From a virus (taxonomy: Duplodnaviria > Heunggongvirae > Uroviricota > Caudoviricetes): 39,394 nucleotides of DNA. The position numbers and the translations under genes are program-made. Below are positions 8,464 to 19,208 of this stretch, piece after piece. The notes beneath the pieces are model-generated. The model was not told where the DNA came from and did no database searches. It worked only from the letters and a program-made list of their open reading frames with translations. The DNA lies in the IMG/VR virus record IMGVR_UViG_2541047825_000011, positions 1-39,394 of that record, one strand, 5' to 3'. Position 1 is the first letter of the stretch. Each line of letters begins with the position of its first letter.

Positions 8464-8490
8464 TTAAAAACAAGGCCGCGAAAGCGGCCT
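8464..8490 (-). terminator. Rho-independent terminator of the leftward virion operon
   Basis: AGGCCGC-gaaa-GCGGCCT hairpin with T-run on the minus strand, directly after the lipoprotein gene. Confidence 0.65.
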
Positions 8491-8502
8491 GTGACATGTC
8501 AC
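8491..8502. repeat. 12-bp perfect palindrome GTGACATGTCAC (copy 1 of 3)
   Basis: Exact copies also at 25648..25659 and 27912..27923; all intergenic. Confidence 0.8.
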
Positions 8503-8505
8503 GAC

Positions 8506-8919
8506 TTATAAAGATGACTGATATTTTACAACTCTGTTCATGGCATCTTTTTTCACCGAGCTGATATCAGTTCTTATTTTGGCTTCGTCATTACTGCTTA
8601 TCATGCTATTAATTTTTTGCACTGACATGCCGTTTCTTTCAGCCATTGCACATACAGCAGCATCGTATGAAGAACTCGCTGCGATGGATATCACCTTGTT
8701 ACACTCAAACACAGCACCTTCAGCAATATCAGATGCCGATGAGGCTGGCTTGGTATAAGTCTTGACGTAGTGATCAATACAACTATCCTTCGCCGTCTTG
8801 GCAAGAGAAAAATCCATTTTAACTTTGTCGCAATATGCCTTATCAACACCGTCATAAACATCATAGGATGTCGAGCAAGCGGATATCAAAAATACCGATA
8901 ACAGCAATAATTCCTTCAT
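8506..8919 (-). CDS. Lipoprotein at the end of the virion operon (candidate superinfection-exclusion lipoprotein)
   Basis: Signal peptide with lipobox LISAC; 137 aa; several Cys in the mature part; last gene of the structural operon. Confidence 0.7.
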   Translation of the reverse strand: MKELLLLSVFLISACSTSYDVYDGVDKAYCDKVKMDFSLAKTAKDSCIDHYVKTYTKPASSASDIAEGAVFECNKVISIAASSSYDAAVCAMAERNGMSVQKINSMISSNDEAKIRTDISSVKKDAMNRVVKYQSSL

Positions 8920-8928
8920 TGTTGTTCC

Positions 8929-11403
8929 TTATTGCGGAGTGACATCCTGAGGTCGCCACCAGTATGTCTGGTTAAACTCTTTCTTTGAACGTTGCTCCAT
9001 TTTACGCAAATAGCCTGGTGAAAAATACTCCTGCATCTGGTTAAAGATCATGTGATCGAGAGCCGCCTTTAAGTACCAGAGATTCGCACCTGGCATCAGA
9101 CCTTTCCCCAGCTTAACCAGATCACCACCAGTCTGCTCATTCTTCCCTTCCACAGCATTTAACGGTATGCCCTGAGCAATCTTCACTACGTCATCAACCA
9201 GACCAGCTACCGGGCCAAGCATCGACGCCAACGCGCCGCTTCCGTACCTGGTGTGGTCAGAGAAAAGAAAATCACCATACAACCCTGCACCACCACCTTT
9301 TAAAAATGCATTTATCCAGAATTTAACCATGTTGTCACCGGTCATTTCTTTTGGATTTCTCCCATTAATAAGATCAGTAATCTGCATGGAAAGAGCACCA
9401 AGCATGGTTGTGCTTGCTAAAAACGTTGCTATATATGCTGCACGCCCACCAGCAGACGGCATCCCCATAGCTCTATGCCAGTGACGCATAACTACCGAGA
9501 TAGGGAACGATTTAAACAGGAAAACACTTCTCGTTAATTCACCTTTCCATGTTCCACGCTGAAGACCAGACCCTACGAACATCTGTTCACGTGCGCCCGG
9601 TGTAATAACAGCCATATCAACTTCTTCAGTTACGGCACCGAGCAGTTTACGCATTGCCTCAAATTTCACGCGTTCAGGCTCACCAAGATGTTTAACTGCT
9701 GAATCAGGGATACGCATAATGCTTTCCGGTGTCAGCATCGTATTATTACCGTTCCCCCAGTCCTCCTGTTGCGCCAGCTTCCATACGCTCCAGTCTGTGT
9801 CAGTAATCCCTTTGCTTTTCAGGATACGAAAATCAGAGTCATCGAGGCTACGAAGGTCTGGTGTCCGTGACACTACTTCTCCCAGGCTTCCCATCATGGT
9901 TACGCCATAGGCGCGCTTGTGCGCATCTGACCATGCTGTAAGCCCACTGGCACGCATTACCGCCGTTGCCGCCCAACGAGACACAGACGGCCCCATATTA
10001 TCCATCGCCCAGCGGTTAACGCTGCCAAGTAGAGATTCCATCGCCAGGCCAGCGCGGCGCGCCCGCGCAAGCTCAGTACGGTTCGTTGGGTCCATAGCTT
10101 CAAGCTGGTTGCGAAATAACTGGTTCATTGGAAGGTTGGTAACCTTCGCAGACAGATACATGGTTCCAAGATCAGAGAACGATGACAGCAACGCGGATCC
10201 GAGTCTGCTGGCAACCAGCCAGTTGCGGATATTGTCAGACCATCGCGCGATGTGCGGATTCGCTACAGGCTGTGTTTTTCCGGAAATAAAGTTGTACAAG
10301 TTCTCTGTTTTGTTCGCCAGACGCTCGACGCTACCGGTTTTACTCGGGTTAGCTGTTGCCGTTTCTGCCTTAACCTGATCAAGAAGAGAGCGGAAAACAT
10401 GATCGGGGTTTGGGCCATATGTTTCCACCAGCGCAATATCTTTACTGATACCTTCCAGGTGACCGACCATGATTTCCCATAGAGAGCGATCGCCATAAAG
10501 TTGCTGATATTGCAGATAGGAATCTGCATCTTTGAAATGTATCTGTCGTGATGCATTACCACGGTTAGCACGTGCGCCGGAAATTCGCATTCCGGTATCA
10601 GTAAGCTTATTCAGCCCACCAGTAGCGATCGTGTTATAAGCCTCTCCAAGAAATTCAGACAACTCGGCATCGTTCATCAGTTGTCCATCGGCTCGGGTAT
10701 AATATTTGCGATCCAGCTTACCTATAACATCGCTAACCCACTTATCCTTTGATACCGCCCCAACCTTTTCCATAGAATGATGTTGAGGGATCCCCCAGTT
10801 TTCGAGATAGCCAATGTCACCACCAGCATCATTAAACCGGCGGCGCAGTAGCTCTGTCACTTCTCTCCACGCCTTAGCACCTTTTCTTGCTTTAGCATTG
10901 CCAGTATTTTGCCCTCGCATTTCATATACCAGATCACGCACGCCCGCTTCATCTTCAAACAGGCCAAAAAAGCGAGGATCAACTGCTTCAAATGCCTCCT
11001 GCAATTGACTCAATGCATAATCACGGGTGGCTTTTGTTCTGGATTCAACAGAGAGGAAATTAGATTTACCGTCTGCATTAAAAGCTATAGTACGGTTAAG
11101 AGCGCCAAGTTTCCCATCAGCCCCTTGATAGCTATTGATAAATTTATCCAATCTCTGACGCGCGGCTATAGTGAGAGCCACACGACGTTTCTTTAATGCC
11201 GCTTCTCGCTGTAATTCTTCAGATGCCAATTGTGCTGCTCGATATAGCCGCTCTGATTCGGAAAGTTGTCGCCACGACATCGGGTCATCACGAGCAATGG
11301 AGCGCATATTTCGATAAATGCGGTCTTCAATGTTCTGTATTTCTCGCGCCGTTAACATGCGCTGCGCCGCCTGCTGGACAGCTTGTATACATTCCTGTCT
11401 CAT
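8929..11403 (-). CDS. Internal virion (ejection) protein, large; T7 gp16-like position
   Basis: 824 aa; last large ORF of the virion operon; assignment by size and synteny only. Confidence 0.6.
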   Translation of the reverse strand: MRQECIQAVQQAAQRMLTAREIQNIEDRIYRNMRSIARDDPMSWRQLSESERLYRAAQLASEELQREAALKKRRVALTIAARQRLDKFINSYQGADGKLGALNRTIAFNADGKSNFLSVESRTKATRDYALSQLQEAFEAVDPRFFGLFEDEAGVRDLVYEMRGQNTGNAKARKGAKAWREVTELLRRRFNDAGGDIGYLENWGIPQHHSMEKVGAVSKDKWVSDVIGKLDRKYYTRADGQLMNDAELSEFLGEAYNTIATGGLNKLTDTGMRISGARANRGNASRQIHFKDADSYLQYQQLYGDRSLWEIMVGHLEGISKDIALVETYGPNPDHVFRSLLDQVKAETATANPSKTGSVERLANKTENLYNFISGKTQPVANPHIARWSDNIRNWLVASRLGSALLSSFSDLGTMYLSAKVTNLPMNQLFRNQLEAMDPTNRTELARARRAGLAMESLLGSVNRWAMDNMGPSVSRWAATAVMRASGLTAWSDAHKRAYGVTMMGSLGEVVSRTPDLRSLDDSDFRILKSKGITDTDWSVWKLAQQEDWGNGNNTMLTPESIMRIPDSAVKHLGEPERVKFEAMRKLLGAVTEEVDMAVITPGAREQMFVGSGLQRGTWKGELTRSVFLFKSFPISVVMRHWHRAMGMPSAGGRAAYIATFLASTTMLGALSMQITDLINGRNPKEMTGDNMVKFWINAFLKGGGAGLYGDFLFSDHTRYGSGALASMLGPVAGLVDDVVKIAQGIPLNAVEGKNEQTGGDLVKLGKGLMPGANLWYLKAALDHMIFNQMQEYFSPGYLRKMEQRSKKEFNQTYWWRPQDVTPQ

Positions 11404-11408
11404 TTAAT

Positions 11409-13211
11409 TTAACCTCTCAAGAAACACGCCACAGCGACATCAAACAGGCTGGAATCCTGTATTGCCTGCTCACTTTCCCTGTTCGCTTCATCCAGTACTT
11501 CACGCGCACTGCGCGATTGTGGATTACCATCATCATCCAGCACGGTGATTATCATGTCAGGAGATTCAAGCAGCGAGTCTTCAGCTATACGCAGATCAAT
11601 ATCTCCTGCCGGATCTGCCATCATTTTTTGTTCTGTCTGTTGCAATATCTTACCGGGCTCAAAAGGAGCTACTTCGTCTGGCGTCCTGACCTCTGCTGTT
11701 TTATAGAATGAAACAGCCTGAGCATTAAGTTCACTTTCTGCCTGCTGTCGTCGTGCCAGTTCTGCTCGAGCTTCAAAAAACTGACCGCCAGGCTCGTGCG
11801 GTGCCAACGCGTTACGGGAAAACTCCAGGCGTTCTTGTGCCTGCCGGATTCGTTGATCAATATCGCGAAGTCTGGCCTGTTTATCTGATCGAGCACGAGA
11901 CAAAGCTTTACCGCTACCGGTTGGCTCTTCTGCAAGAATTTGTGCACGCTGTTCAGTGAGATTTTCAATAATTCGTTGGCTATTAGCGATTTCAGACTGG
12001 TAAACCTGTCTATCTCCACGCGGCAAAAGCTGCGCGGCCTGTTCTTCAAGCAACCGATTTTCTATAGCGCGCGCCGTTATTCCATCATCTACAGATGACA
12101 GAGCCTCATTAACTGCCTGAGACAGCAGACTCTTGCGCCCAGGAATTTCACTGAAAGATGCAGACTCAACAATGCTGGCAACGTCTACAGGTCTCCCCTG
12201 GCTAACATCAGACATAGCTTTTCGCAGAGCCTGAATGTGAGAATTACGCGAAAGCACGTTGATCGGCACGCCAGGAGCAATATCAATTTCAGCATGATGA
12301 GCGGCATTCGCCGCCAGTGCAGCATCGATATCAACTGGTGAAAAATTTGGTGTGCTTGTAGACTCGCCGCGAGAGTTAATAAATCTGCCGACACCACCAA
12401 ACGCCACCCCAAGAACAGCATCAATAGCAATTGCCTGTCGATCCAACACATCATACTGGTTAGCCATTTCGCTATAGCCACCATCACGAAGCGTTTTTGC
12501 AGTAAGCCCACGCTGTGCCATACCGAACGCAATATTTGTACCTGCGGCATAGGCAATATCTGGCGTTGCACGTACTGCTGTTGCTGCGGCGCGTCGCACT
12601 GAACTCTCACCCGTCCGTGCAAGCTGAGCCGCCACACCTTCCGCCAGCGCACCACCAGCACGTAACCCGAGGCTCATAGGGATCAGTGTTCCGGCACCAG
12701 CAGTAATGCCCTGCACTAATCCCGCTTCCTGCGCCGTCCTGAAATCAACACCCTGTGCTGTCAGCCGTTCAAACTCAGAAAAACCCTGTAGCGAAGTTAC
12801 CGCCGCTGCACCTCCGACAGGACCACCGAGCGTTGTACCGACAACAGCCTGCCCGCCCATATCGAACAACCCATAAAGAACCTGCCCGGCGGTTCCGGTT
12901 GTCGCGGCATCAGGCGTCAGCCGCTTAACCTGCTGCTCTGCTAGTTTTCTCTGCTCAGCAATGTATGAAACTGAAGTGTCATTGAGCGAGGTGTTTTCGT
13001 TAACAAACTGAGCAATCGGGGATACGATTTTATCCATCCCTGCCCATAGCAACTGATCTGGCTTTGCCACCAGCCCGGAGTACAAACCAGACAATGCCGC
13101 TCCTACAGCATTGTCGAAAAAACCAACATCGCTGTTAAAGCCAACTGGATTTGATGCTGCTTCGTCAAGCTGCTGATTCTGGTTTACTGGATTAAGGCCA
13201 AAGTAACTCAT
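11409..13211 (-). CDS. Internal virion (ejection) protein; T7 gp16-like position
   Basis: 600 aa, Ala/Gly-rich; contiguous with flanking virion genes; function from synteny. Confidence 0.55.
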   Translation of the reverse strand: MSYFGLNPVNQNQQLDEAASNPVGFNSDVGFFDNAVGAALSGLYSGLVAKPDQLLWAGMDKIVSPIAQFVNENTSLNDTSVSYIAEQRKLAEQQVKRLTPDAATTGTAGQVLYGLFDMGGQAVVGTTLGGPVGGAAAVTSLQGFSEFERLTAQGVDFRTAQEAGLVQGITAGAGTLIPMSLGLRAGGALAEGVAAQLARTGESSVRRAAATAVRATPDIAYAAGTNIAFGMAQRGLTAKTLRDGGYSEMANQYDVLDRQAIAIDAVLGVAFGGVGRFINSRGESTSTPNFSPVDIDAALAANAAHHAEIDIAPGVPINVLSRNSHIQALRKAMSDVSQGRPVDVASIVESASFSEIPGRKSLLSQAVNEALSSVDDGITARAIENRLLEEQAAQLLPRGDRQVYQSEIANSQRIIENLTEQRAQILAEEPTGSGKALSRARSDKQARLRDIDQRIRQAQERLEFSRNALAPHEPGGQFFEARAELARRQQAESELNAQAVSFYKTAEVRTPDEVAPFEPGKILQQTEQKMMADPAGDIDLRIAEDSLLESPDMIITVLDDDGNPQSRSAREVLDEANRESEQAIQDSSLFDVAVACFLRG

Positions 13212-15721
13212 TGCGGAATATCTCCGGAGAATCTCTGACGCTTCTGTGTCAGATCAAGAACAACAGGAGAACCATCATCTTTCAGCAGATAACCAGTACC
13301 AAGTTTCACCAGGTACTGACTATCGCCGTAACTTTGCAAACCATACTGACCAGGCGGTGTTTTTATCCCGGTGCCGACAACTTGTTCATTCCAAGCCTGA
13401 TTAACCTGCTTATCGAATTGCTCTGCAGACATTCCCCACGGCAAAAGGACATTCCCCATTCCGTTATAGTCATGCACGCCACCTGTAGCTACGTTAACAG
13501 CCTGTTTCCAGATATCAGTGTCAATTTCGCCTGATATCACGCCTTTTTTCGCCATCACACCAGCGTAATAGTCCTTTGCGATCTCGTATGCCATTGATGC
13601 CCCCTGAGCATCACCAGCAAATGCATCCTTCACCATGTCAGAAAACTCAAGGCGAAGATCAGCATCTTTAGGCATCGGAATACCTTTCGCATCATCAGTA
13701 CCTTTACGAGCCGCCGCGCCAGCAAGAATTGTCTGCGCAGCGGTTTCAGGAGACACGGAAACATCCGGATTAAACCAGTTTTTTTCTGCCAAAATACCAC
13801 CAGGCTTGTCCATCAGTATCCCGGCAACGGCAGCAGATGGAGCGTTGGCACTGATCTGCTGTAGTGCTGACATATACACCTGCCCACCACCAGTGCTCTG
13901 CCTGATGGTATCGAGATATGCTGCCTGTTGGGAAACTGGAGCATCACGAAAGAAAACACCGATCTGATTGGCCTCGTCTTTGGAAAAGAACGTCAGTGGA
14001 GTGCCATATGACTTAGCAAGATCACTGACCTGAGCGGCACGCAAGGCAACGCTCTGTCCAAAGTTATCCTTATTGCTCATGTCGATAGGCTTTGCCTGTC
14101 CGGAGGCAAGAGAGAACTGCACAGGATCCGACTGCCGCTGCTTTATCACCTGATTTGCAGCCGAAACAACGTTGTCATAAAGAGCTGCGCGAGACGCATA
14201 ACCCTCCCCTGTCTCACCGGTATCCGGGCGTAATTGCTCAACATATGCTGTAATGCTGCTTGTCGGCATGTTGCGGAAAGAGCCTATATACTGTCCGGCG
14301 ATTTGCGTATTTCTGAACTCGGTATATCGCAGGTTTCCTTCTCTGACTCCATAAGCTGCAATAAAATCAGCCTCACCAGGTGGGTTAGGAAATTCAACGC
14401 CACGCATATACGCAGCTGTCGCATCGCGAACCTGGCTGTCAATCATCGTTTTATATTCAGCCTGCTGCTGCCGACGCAGTTGATCAGCCTGTCGCATAAA
14501 ACTTGCCTGCGCCTCAGGAGATGCCGCATCGAATGCTGCATTACCGGTATAGCGTTTGGTGTTGGTTGGAATTGTTGATAAACCAAGTGCTGCACTGACA
14601 CCAGCAGTTAACTGCTGATCACTGTATGGCTGGCTACCGTTCTCATGATGGATAATGGCTGCACAAAGCGCCTTCAGGGTATCAGGATTAGATGCATCGA
14701 GAGGCTCATCAGCAGAAACGCCAAGTTGTTCGCACACTGCTTTGATATACGACATAGTGTCATTTTTATCAGTAGGCGGTGCCCAGCGATTAATTATCTC
14801 GCTGACGGTATCAATACCCTGCCTCTGATACGACATCAGGTTCCGCCCTAATGCACGAATCCCGTGTTCAGGTGTTTCGAATTTAGCAAATCGACCATCA
14901 TCACCGGTCTGGCCTACCCACGGATTAGTTTTGCTGTATTCGAGATTTCCTGGGTTATTGTTGCGTATGCCGCGGGCACGCTCGGAAGAGTCACTATCTG
15001 CTACAGCACGGCGAGCTCCAGCAGCAGTATCACTTAACTCGCCATTACTTTGGATGAATGCGGTCGCATTGTTTGCCGACCACTGGGACAATGCGGCATC
15101 AGCAACCTTCTCTTTAAACTCGATTTTCTTGGCCTGTATTTGCTCGTCGCTCCAGCCATGCGCAATGCCGTAATCCTCAATTTGCTGGAAAGTTTGCTTA
15201 TTAGCCAATACGTATGCGGCGTTGTCGCCATACAATGCTGCGGCATTTTTACCATTGTTCAGCAGCGTCGCCTGAAACTGGCCTTCTTCGTAGGCATTTA
15301 TTTGCCCTATCTCGTGCCGCCCGGCCTGCGTAGTGAACTGAATACGCTGCTGCTGCGCCTGCTGCATGAAAGCATTACGAGCTTGTTCATCCGGCAGCGA
15401 CATAGCCAGTTGCTCGACCTGGGCATCAAACTGCTGCGTATACTCCTGACCTTTTCCAATAGCATTTTTCCCTTTCAAGTTAAGCAAACCTGTTTCAGGG
15501 TTATTCAGCAGATCGCTACTTATCTGGCTTAAGCTAAGAGAAGCATCCTGAGCCATAGCAACATTCGCACGCTGTTTTGCCTGCGCAATAATACCTGCAT
15601 ATTGCTCTGCAACATCGCCAAGTACATCACCGACATTTGGTGTCTGAAACGATGAGAATCCCTGCGTCGAAATCCCTCTGCTCTGAACCTGACGTCCCGA
15701 TGTTGTTGGTACAACTGGCAT
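13208..15721 (-). CDS. Internal virion protein; T7 gp15-like position
   Basis: 837 aa; contains a conserved-looking block RNNNPGNLEYS...RWAPPTDKNDT of unknown function; overlaps the downstream gene start. Confidence 0.55.
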   Translation of the reverse strand: MPVVPTTSGRQVQSRGISTQGFSSFQTPNVGDVLGDVAEQYAGIIAQAKQRANVAMAQDASLSLSQISSDLLNNPETGLLNLKGKNAIGKGQEYTQQFDAQVEQLAMSLPDEQARNAFMQQAQQQRIQFTTQAGRHEIGQINAYEEGQFQATLLNNGKNAAALYGDNAAYVLANKQTFQQIEDYGIAHGWSDEQIQAKKIEFKEKVADAALSQWSANNATAFIQSNGELSDTAAGARRAVADSDSSERARGIRNNNPGNLEYSKTNPWVGQTGDDGRFAKFETPEHGIRALGRNLMSYQRQGIDTVSEIINRWAPPTDKNDTMSYIKAVCEQLGVSADEPLDASNPDTLKALCAAIIHHENGSQPYSDQQLTAGVSAALGLSTIPTNTKRYTGNAAFDAASPEAQASFMRQADQLRRQQQAEYKTMIDSQVRDATAAYMRGVEFPNPPGEADFIAAYGVREGNLRYTEFRNTQIAGQYIGSFRNMPTSSITAYVEQLRPDTGETGEGYASRAALYDNVVSAANQVIKQRQSDPVQFSLASGQAKPIDMSNKDNFGQSVALRAAQVSDLAKSYGTPLTFFSKDEANQIGVFFRDAPVSQQAAYLDTIRQSTGGGQVYMSALQQISANAPSAAVAGILMDKPGGILAEKNWFNPDVSVSPETAAQTILAGAAARKGTDDAKGIPMPKDADLRLEFSDMVKDAFAGDAQGASMAYEIAKDYYAGVMAKKGVISGEIDTDIWKQAVNVATGGVHDYNGMGNVLLPWGMSAEQFDKQVNQAWNEQVVGTGIKTPPGQYGLQSYGDSQYLVKLGTGYLLKDDGSPVVLDLTQKRQRFSGDIPQ

Positions 15722-15733
15722 CTTATTATCCCC

Positions 15734-16273
15734 TTATCGACCGGTTGGAGTGCCAACAGCAGCAGAAATCGGCGCAGCCTTCTGAGAGAACGGGCTCCAC
15801 GTTCCGCCGCCCATCTGGTATGCACCGTATGCTTTTAGTGGTGCCGTTAACAAAGTGCTGGTCATCGATGATTTAGCAGCCGACTGAGCAGCAGCCCCCT
15901 GTGCCTGAGCATTCATTCCCTGAACCTGATACCCATATGCCTCACGCTGAGCATTATTCACTGTCGTTAACGCATCAAGAGTACCGAACTGAGCATTATC
16001 CGCAAAAACGTCAAGAGCTGTTCCGCTACTTAATTCCGCACCGGTAGCCCCCATAGTGGCCGCCGTAGTGCCTGAGCGTTGACGCATTTCACGACGACGC
16101 TGATCCGCTTCAATATTCCCACGATTGATTGAATCCTGTGCCTGAGCTTCAGCAATTTCAGCATTCCGATCAGCTATGGCTGACTGGTATTTTGCCTGCT
16201 TGCTCTGGCTGTACATTGACGCGGCTGTGGATGCCACTGTGACGGCAACCAAAGCGATGGCTGGGTTACACAT
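15734..16273 (-). CDS. Internal virion protein; T7 gp14-like position
   Basis: 179 aa; N-terminal hydrophobic helix then Ala/Gln-rich region. Confidence 0.5.
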   Translation of the reverse strand: MCNPAIALVAVTVASTAASMYSQSKQAKYQSAIADRNAEIAEAQAQDSINRGNIEADQRRREMRQRSGTTAATMGATGAELSSGTALDVFADNAQFGTLDALTTVNNAQREAYGYQVQGMNAQAQGAAAQSAAKSSMTSTLLTAPLKAYGAYQMGGGTWSPFSQKAAPISAAVGTPTGR

Positions 16274-16737
16274 TATTTTCTCTCCATGTGAAATCTGTGG
16301 AAATTAAGACCAAGAGCACCATAAGGCGCGGCTTCTTCAAGCCTGAATCCAAGCCAGTGGAGCCATGCTTTGGCAACATGGTTTCGCTCGTCGACGTAGT
16401 TTTCCAGGCGCGGATAAACTGCCAGCATCTGCTGCAATACAGGTCGGCAGTGGCGAAGAAATGTCTTCTGATATTTTTCAATACGGCTTGTCCCGACCAG
16501 CCAGGGCGTACCATTGCCACCAATCATTGACGCCGGAGATACACCAAACATGGTTACCAGTTCTCCGTTCGCGAACCCTGACCAGGCCATAGTCGCAGTG
16601 CGCAGACCAACGCGCAGCGCATCTTCGGTAGTCATCAGCGATACCGCATATAGTTCGTCAATATCAGCCTGACGAACATCCGGCAAAATCATCTGAAGAT
16701 GCTCTTCGGTAGCGGGAATAATTTGAATATAGATCAT
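16273..16737 (-). CDS. Virion assembly protein; T7 gp13-like position
   Basis: 154 aa; start and stop coupled to flanking virion genes. Confidence 0.45.
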   Translation of the reverse strand: MIYIQIIPATEEHLQMILPDVRQADIDELYAVSLMTTEDALRVGLRTATMAWSGFANGELVTMFGVSPASMIGGNGTPWLVGTSRIEKYQKTFLRHCRPVLQQMLAVYPRLENYVDERNHVAKAWLHWLGFRLEEAAPYGALGLNFHRFHMERK

Positions 16738-19208
16738 CAGAATCCCCCAACAGTAAGGCGAGGAATAACGGCAAGAACAGACAGCGGCAACGGGTCAAGC
16801 TGACGGATTCTTACACGTCCGTTTTTGCCCCAGTTACTGTCCAGTTTCACTTCTACTTTTCCGGTAGCGTCATCAACAGGATCATCGTAGAACTCGAATT
16901 CACGCTGTGGATATTCGTACCATTTACCGCCGGGCGTAGTCGCCCAGATGCCGCGACTGGCATTCACAACCAGAGTAACGGAGGGGATCACCTGTTTTTT
17001 GTCCAGCAGCGTTTCCTGTCCGTTAATGTTGATATCCAGTGTTTCGAATTCAGCAGTTATTGGCAGGCCGATGTGCACTACAGCCCCCGGAGATTCCAGC
17101 GTGACGGCACCTCCGGAAACCACTTTCTGTGGTTCCACGTTCGCATCAGAGAGAATGTTTACGGTCTGGCCTTCAAGATGAGACAGGCCTCCAAATGTCC
17201 GGCGCGCCATCTGCCAGTTCGTGGTGGCCACATTCCTGAGGGATGGCGGGACGTTCCTGTTAGCACGAACCACTACAGCGGTATTGCTGGTTACAGAAAT
17301 AATGTCGCAACGTAATTCTTTTGACACTTCATCGCCAGTATCGGGAACAGTTCCGGTATAAGGGAACTGTAGTTGCGCACCGACATCACTACTGGTGAAG
17401 TACGCACCACCAGAAACACTGATTGTATATTCCGCGCGGTAATCCCATTCGCCAGAACCACCAGTGATTGTCATCGTTCTGTCAGACGTATTTCTTCCAT
17501 CATAGCTAAGGCCAGAATCAACAAAGAAAGCGTCTTCATCGCTGGTAAATAAACGGCTGGACAGCCGTTCGATGTATCTCACTGTTTGCCCGTTAACGGT
17601 TCGGTTAACGACGAAATACACCGCATCTTCATTGCCTTCGCTGATACTGCATGTGCTTTCATATTTTCCGGTACTGGATTGTGGTGCCCATGCAAAAACC
17701 TGCTGATCACGCAAATAGGTCATCACCAGTAATTTACCGTCATCACGAATGCAGAAGGCACTGGAGTAAGGGACAATCGAGAAGCACCAGTCAACAATGC
17801 TGTGCTTCTGAAAAAGATGATTGGCAAGGATGGTCAGGTCGTTCCCCTGATAGCCGTCAACATCGAATGAGTAGGCCAGATCACGGACAACGCTGCCTTT
17901 CTCCTGGACGAACAGAGCAATATTCGCCACAGCAATTGGTGGGACGTTGCTTGAGCCATTTGATCCCTGAGAGCTGAATGCAAATGATGATGGGGTTAAC
18001 ACTTTGTTCTGGTCGCCAGTGATGACGTACTCACCTCCGGAAGTCAGCGCCACCAGCGAACCAACATCAATCAGGTGGCGGATCTCATTAACCTGACGCC
18101 CGGCATAGGTGTAGATAATTCTGTCGTCATCCTGCGTAGGATTGCTTTTGCCAAAATCCTTATAATCCCCGGTACGGCTGGCCCAGATAGTCTGAGGGAA
18201 CGCGGTCGATGCGGCGAAGTAAAGACGTTGTTGATAATAAACAACAGTGCCAGGATAACCATTAACACTGTTCCAGGCATATTTAGCCCATTTATAGCTG
18301 GCATTATCCTCGCCAACTACCTGCGAAGGGATATAGGAAATCACCTCGGCAGTTGCAGTAGTTCCATTTGCAGCAGTGATACGGGCAATGCCAAAACCAC
18401 TGTGCAGATACTCCCACTCAATGCCGGTATCATCATCACCGGATCCGCCCCAGCCATCCCATGATGTGCCTTCTGTATGCGAAGGGCGCAAAGTACCTGT
18501 TTTGCCTGCTGTAACGGCGCGATAGTAGTTACTGTCTGCACGGCGAATATCGCCAATCGACGTACTCTTACTGGTTTCCCATACCGGCACTGAATCCACT
18601 GCAGGCTGTTCCAGATAGAACAATTTGCCTACCTGCTCCGCGCCAAAAATAGAGGCGCTTGCCGTTAACGTAATTGTCCCAGTGCTGGCGCTGGCATAAA
18701 CCGTCACTGACTCGTCAATATTGATATCTTCAAATGGCCCGTTCTTCGTTACCACATCAACCAGTTGCCAGTTATCATGCGCATAGCGGCGCAACTCTTT
18801 CGGCGGGTATGCCGGGTGAACCAGCGTAAGCACGTCGGCGCTTTGCGTAAATTTAATTCGGAACAGATCAGCTTCAGTATATGGCGTGGCAATTTCATAA
18901 ATAACATTGCTGCTGTTCAGCACCAACGCACCATCTTTGATAACGCGCATGTACTGGTGTCCGAACTCCAGAACATAGGTCTGAACAGTCGAGAACTGGA
19001 ACGGGATCAGGCGGCATTTCCGATTTGGGTATTTGGCGGCACCAACAAAACGCGTACCAGGTCGATTCTCAACGCCGCCATACTGCCGCACGATAAAGTT
19101 ATCGCACTTGCGCAATGCCACCTGGTACTTCGCCATGTCGATACGACCGTACAACGACGGTCCAATCTCACCACCGGCAAAGCTGGGCTGGATCCAACTG
19201 ATAGCCAT
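16737..19208 (-). CDS. Tail tubular protein B-like (nozzle)
   Basis: 823 aa; N-terminal SFAGGEIGPSLYGRID...ENRPGTRFVG parallels the T7 gp12 N-terminal pattern; follows the tubular A-like gene. Confidence 0.65.
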   Translation of the reverse strand: MAISWIQPSFAGGEIGPSLYGRIDMAKYQVALRKCDNFIVRQYGGVENRPGTRFVGAAKYPNRKCRLIPFQFSTVQTYVLEFGHQYMRVIKDGALVLNSSNVIYEIATPYTEADLFRIKFTQSADVLTLVHPAYPPKELRRYAHDNWQLVDVVTKNGPFEDINIDESVTVYASASTGTITLTASASIFGAEQVGKLFYLEQPAVDSVPVWETSKSTSIGDIRRADSNYYRAVTAGKTGTLRPSHTEGTSWDGWGGSGDDDTGIEWEYLHSGFGIARITAANGTTATAEVISYIPSQVVGEDNASYKWAKYAWNSVNGYPGTVVYYQQRLYFAASTAFPQTIWASRTGDYKDFGKSNPTQDDDRIIYTYAGRQVNEIRHLIDVGSLVALTSGGEYVITGDQNKVLTPSSFAFSSQGSNGSSNVPPIAVANIALFVQEKGSVVRDLAYSFDVDGYQGNDLTILANHLFQKHSIVDWCFSIVPYSSAFCIRDDGKLLVMTYLRDQQVFAWAPQSSTGKYESTCSISEGNEDAVYFVVNRTVNGQTVRYIERLSSRLFTSDEDAFFVDSGLSYDGRNTSDRTMTITGGSGEWDYRAEYTISVSGGAYFTSSDVGAQLQFPYTGTVPDTGDEVSKELRCDIISVTSNTAVVVRANRNVPPSLRNVATTNWQMARRTFGGLSHLEGQTVNILSDANVEPQKVVSGGAVTLESPGAVVHIGLPITAEFETLDININGQETLLDKKQVIPSVTLVVNASRGIWATTPGGKWYEYPQREFEFYDDPVDDATGKVEVKLDSNWGKNGRVRIRQLDPLPLSVLAVIPRLTVGGF

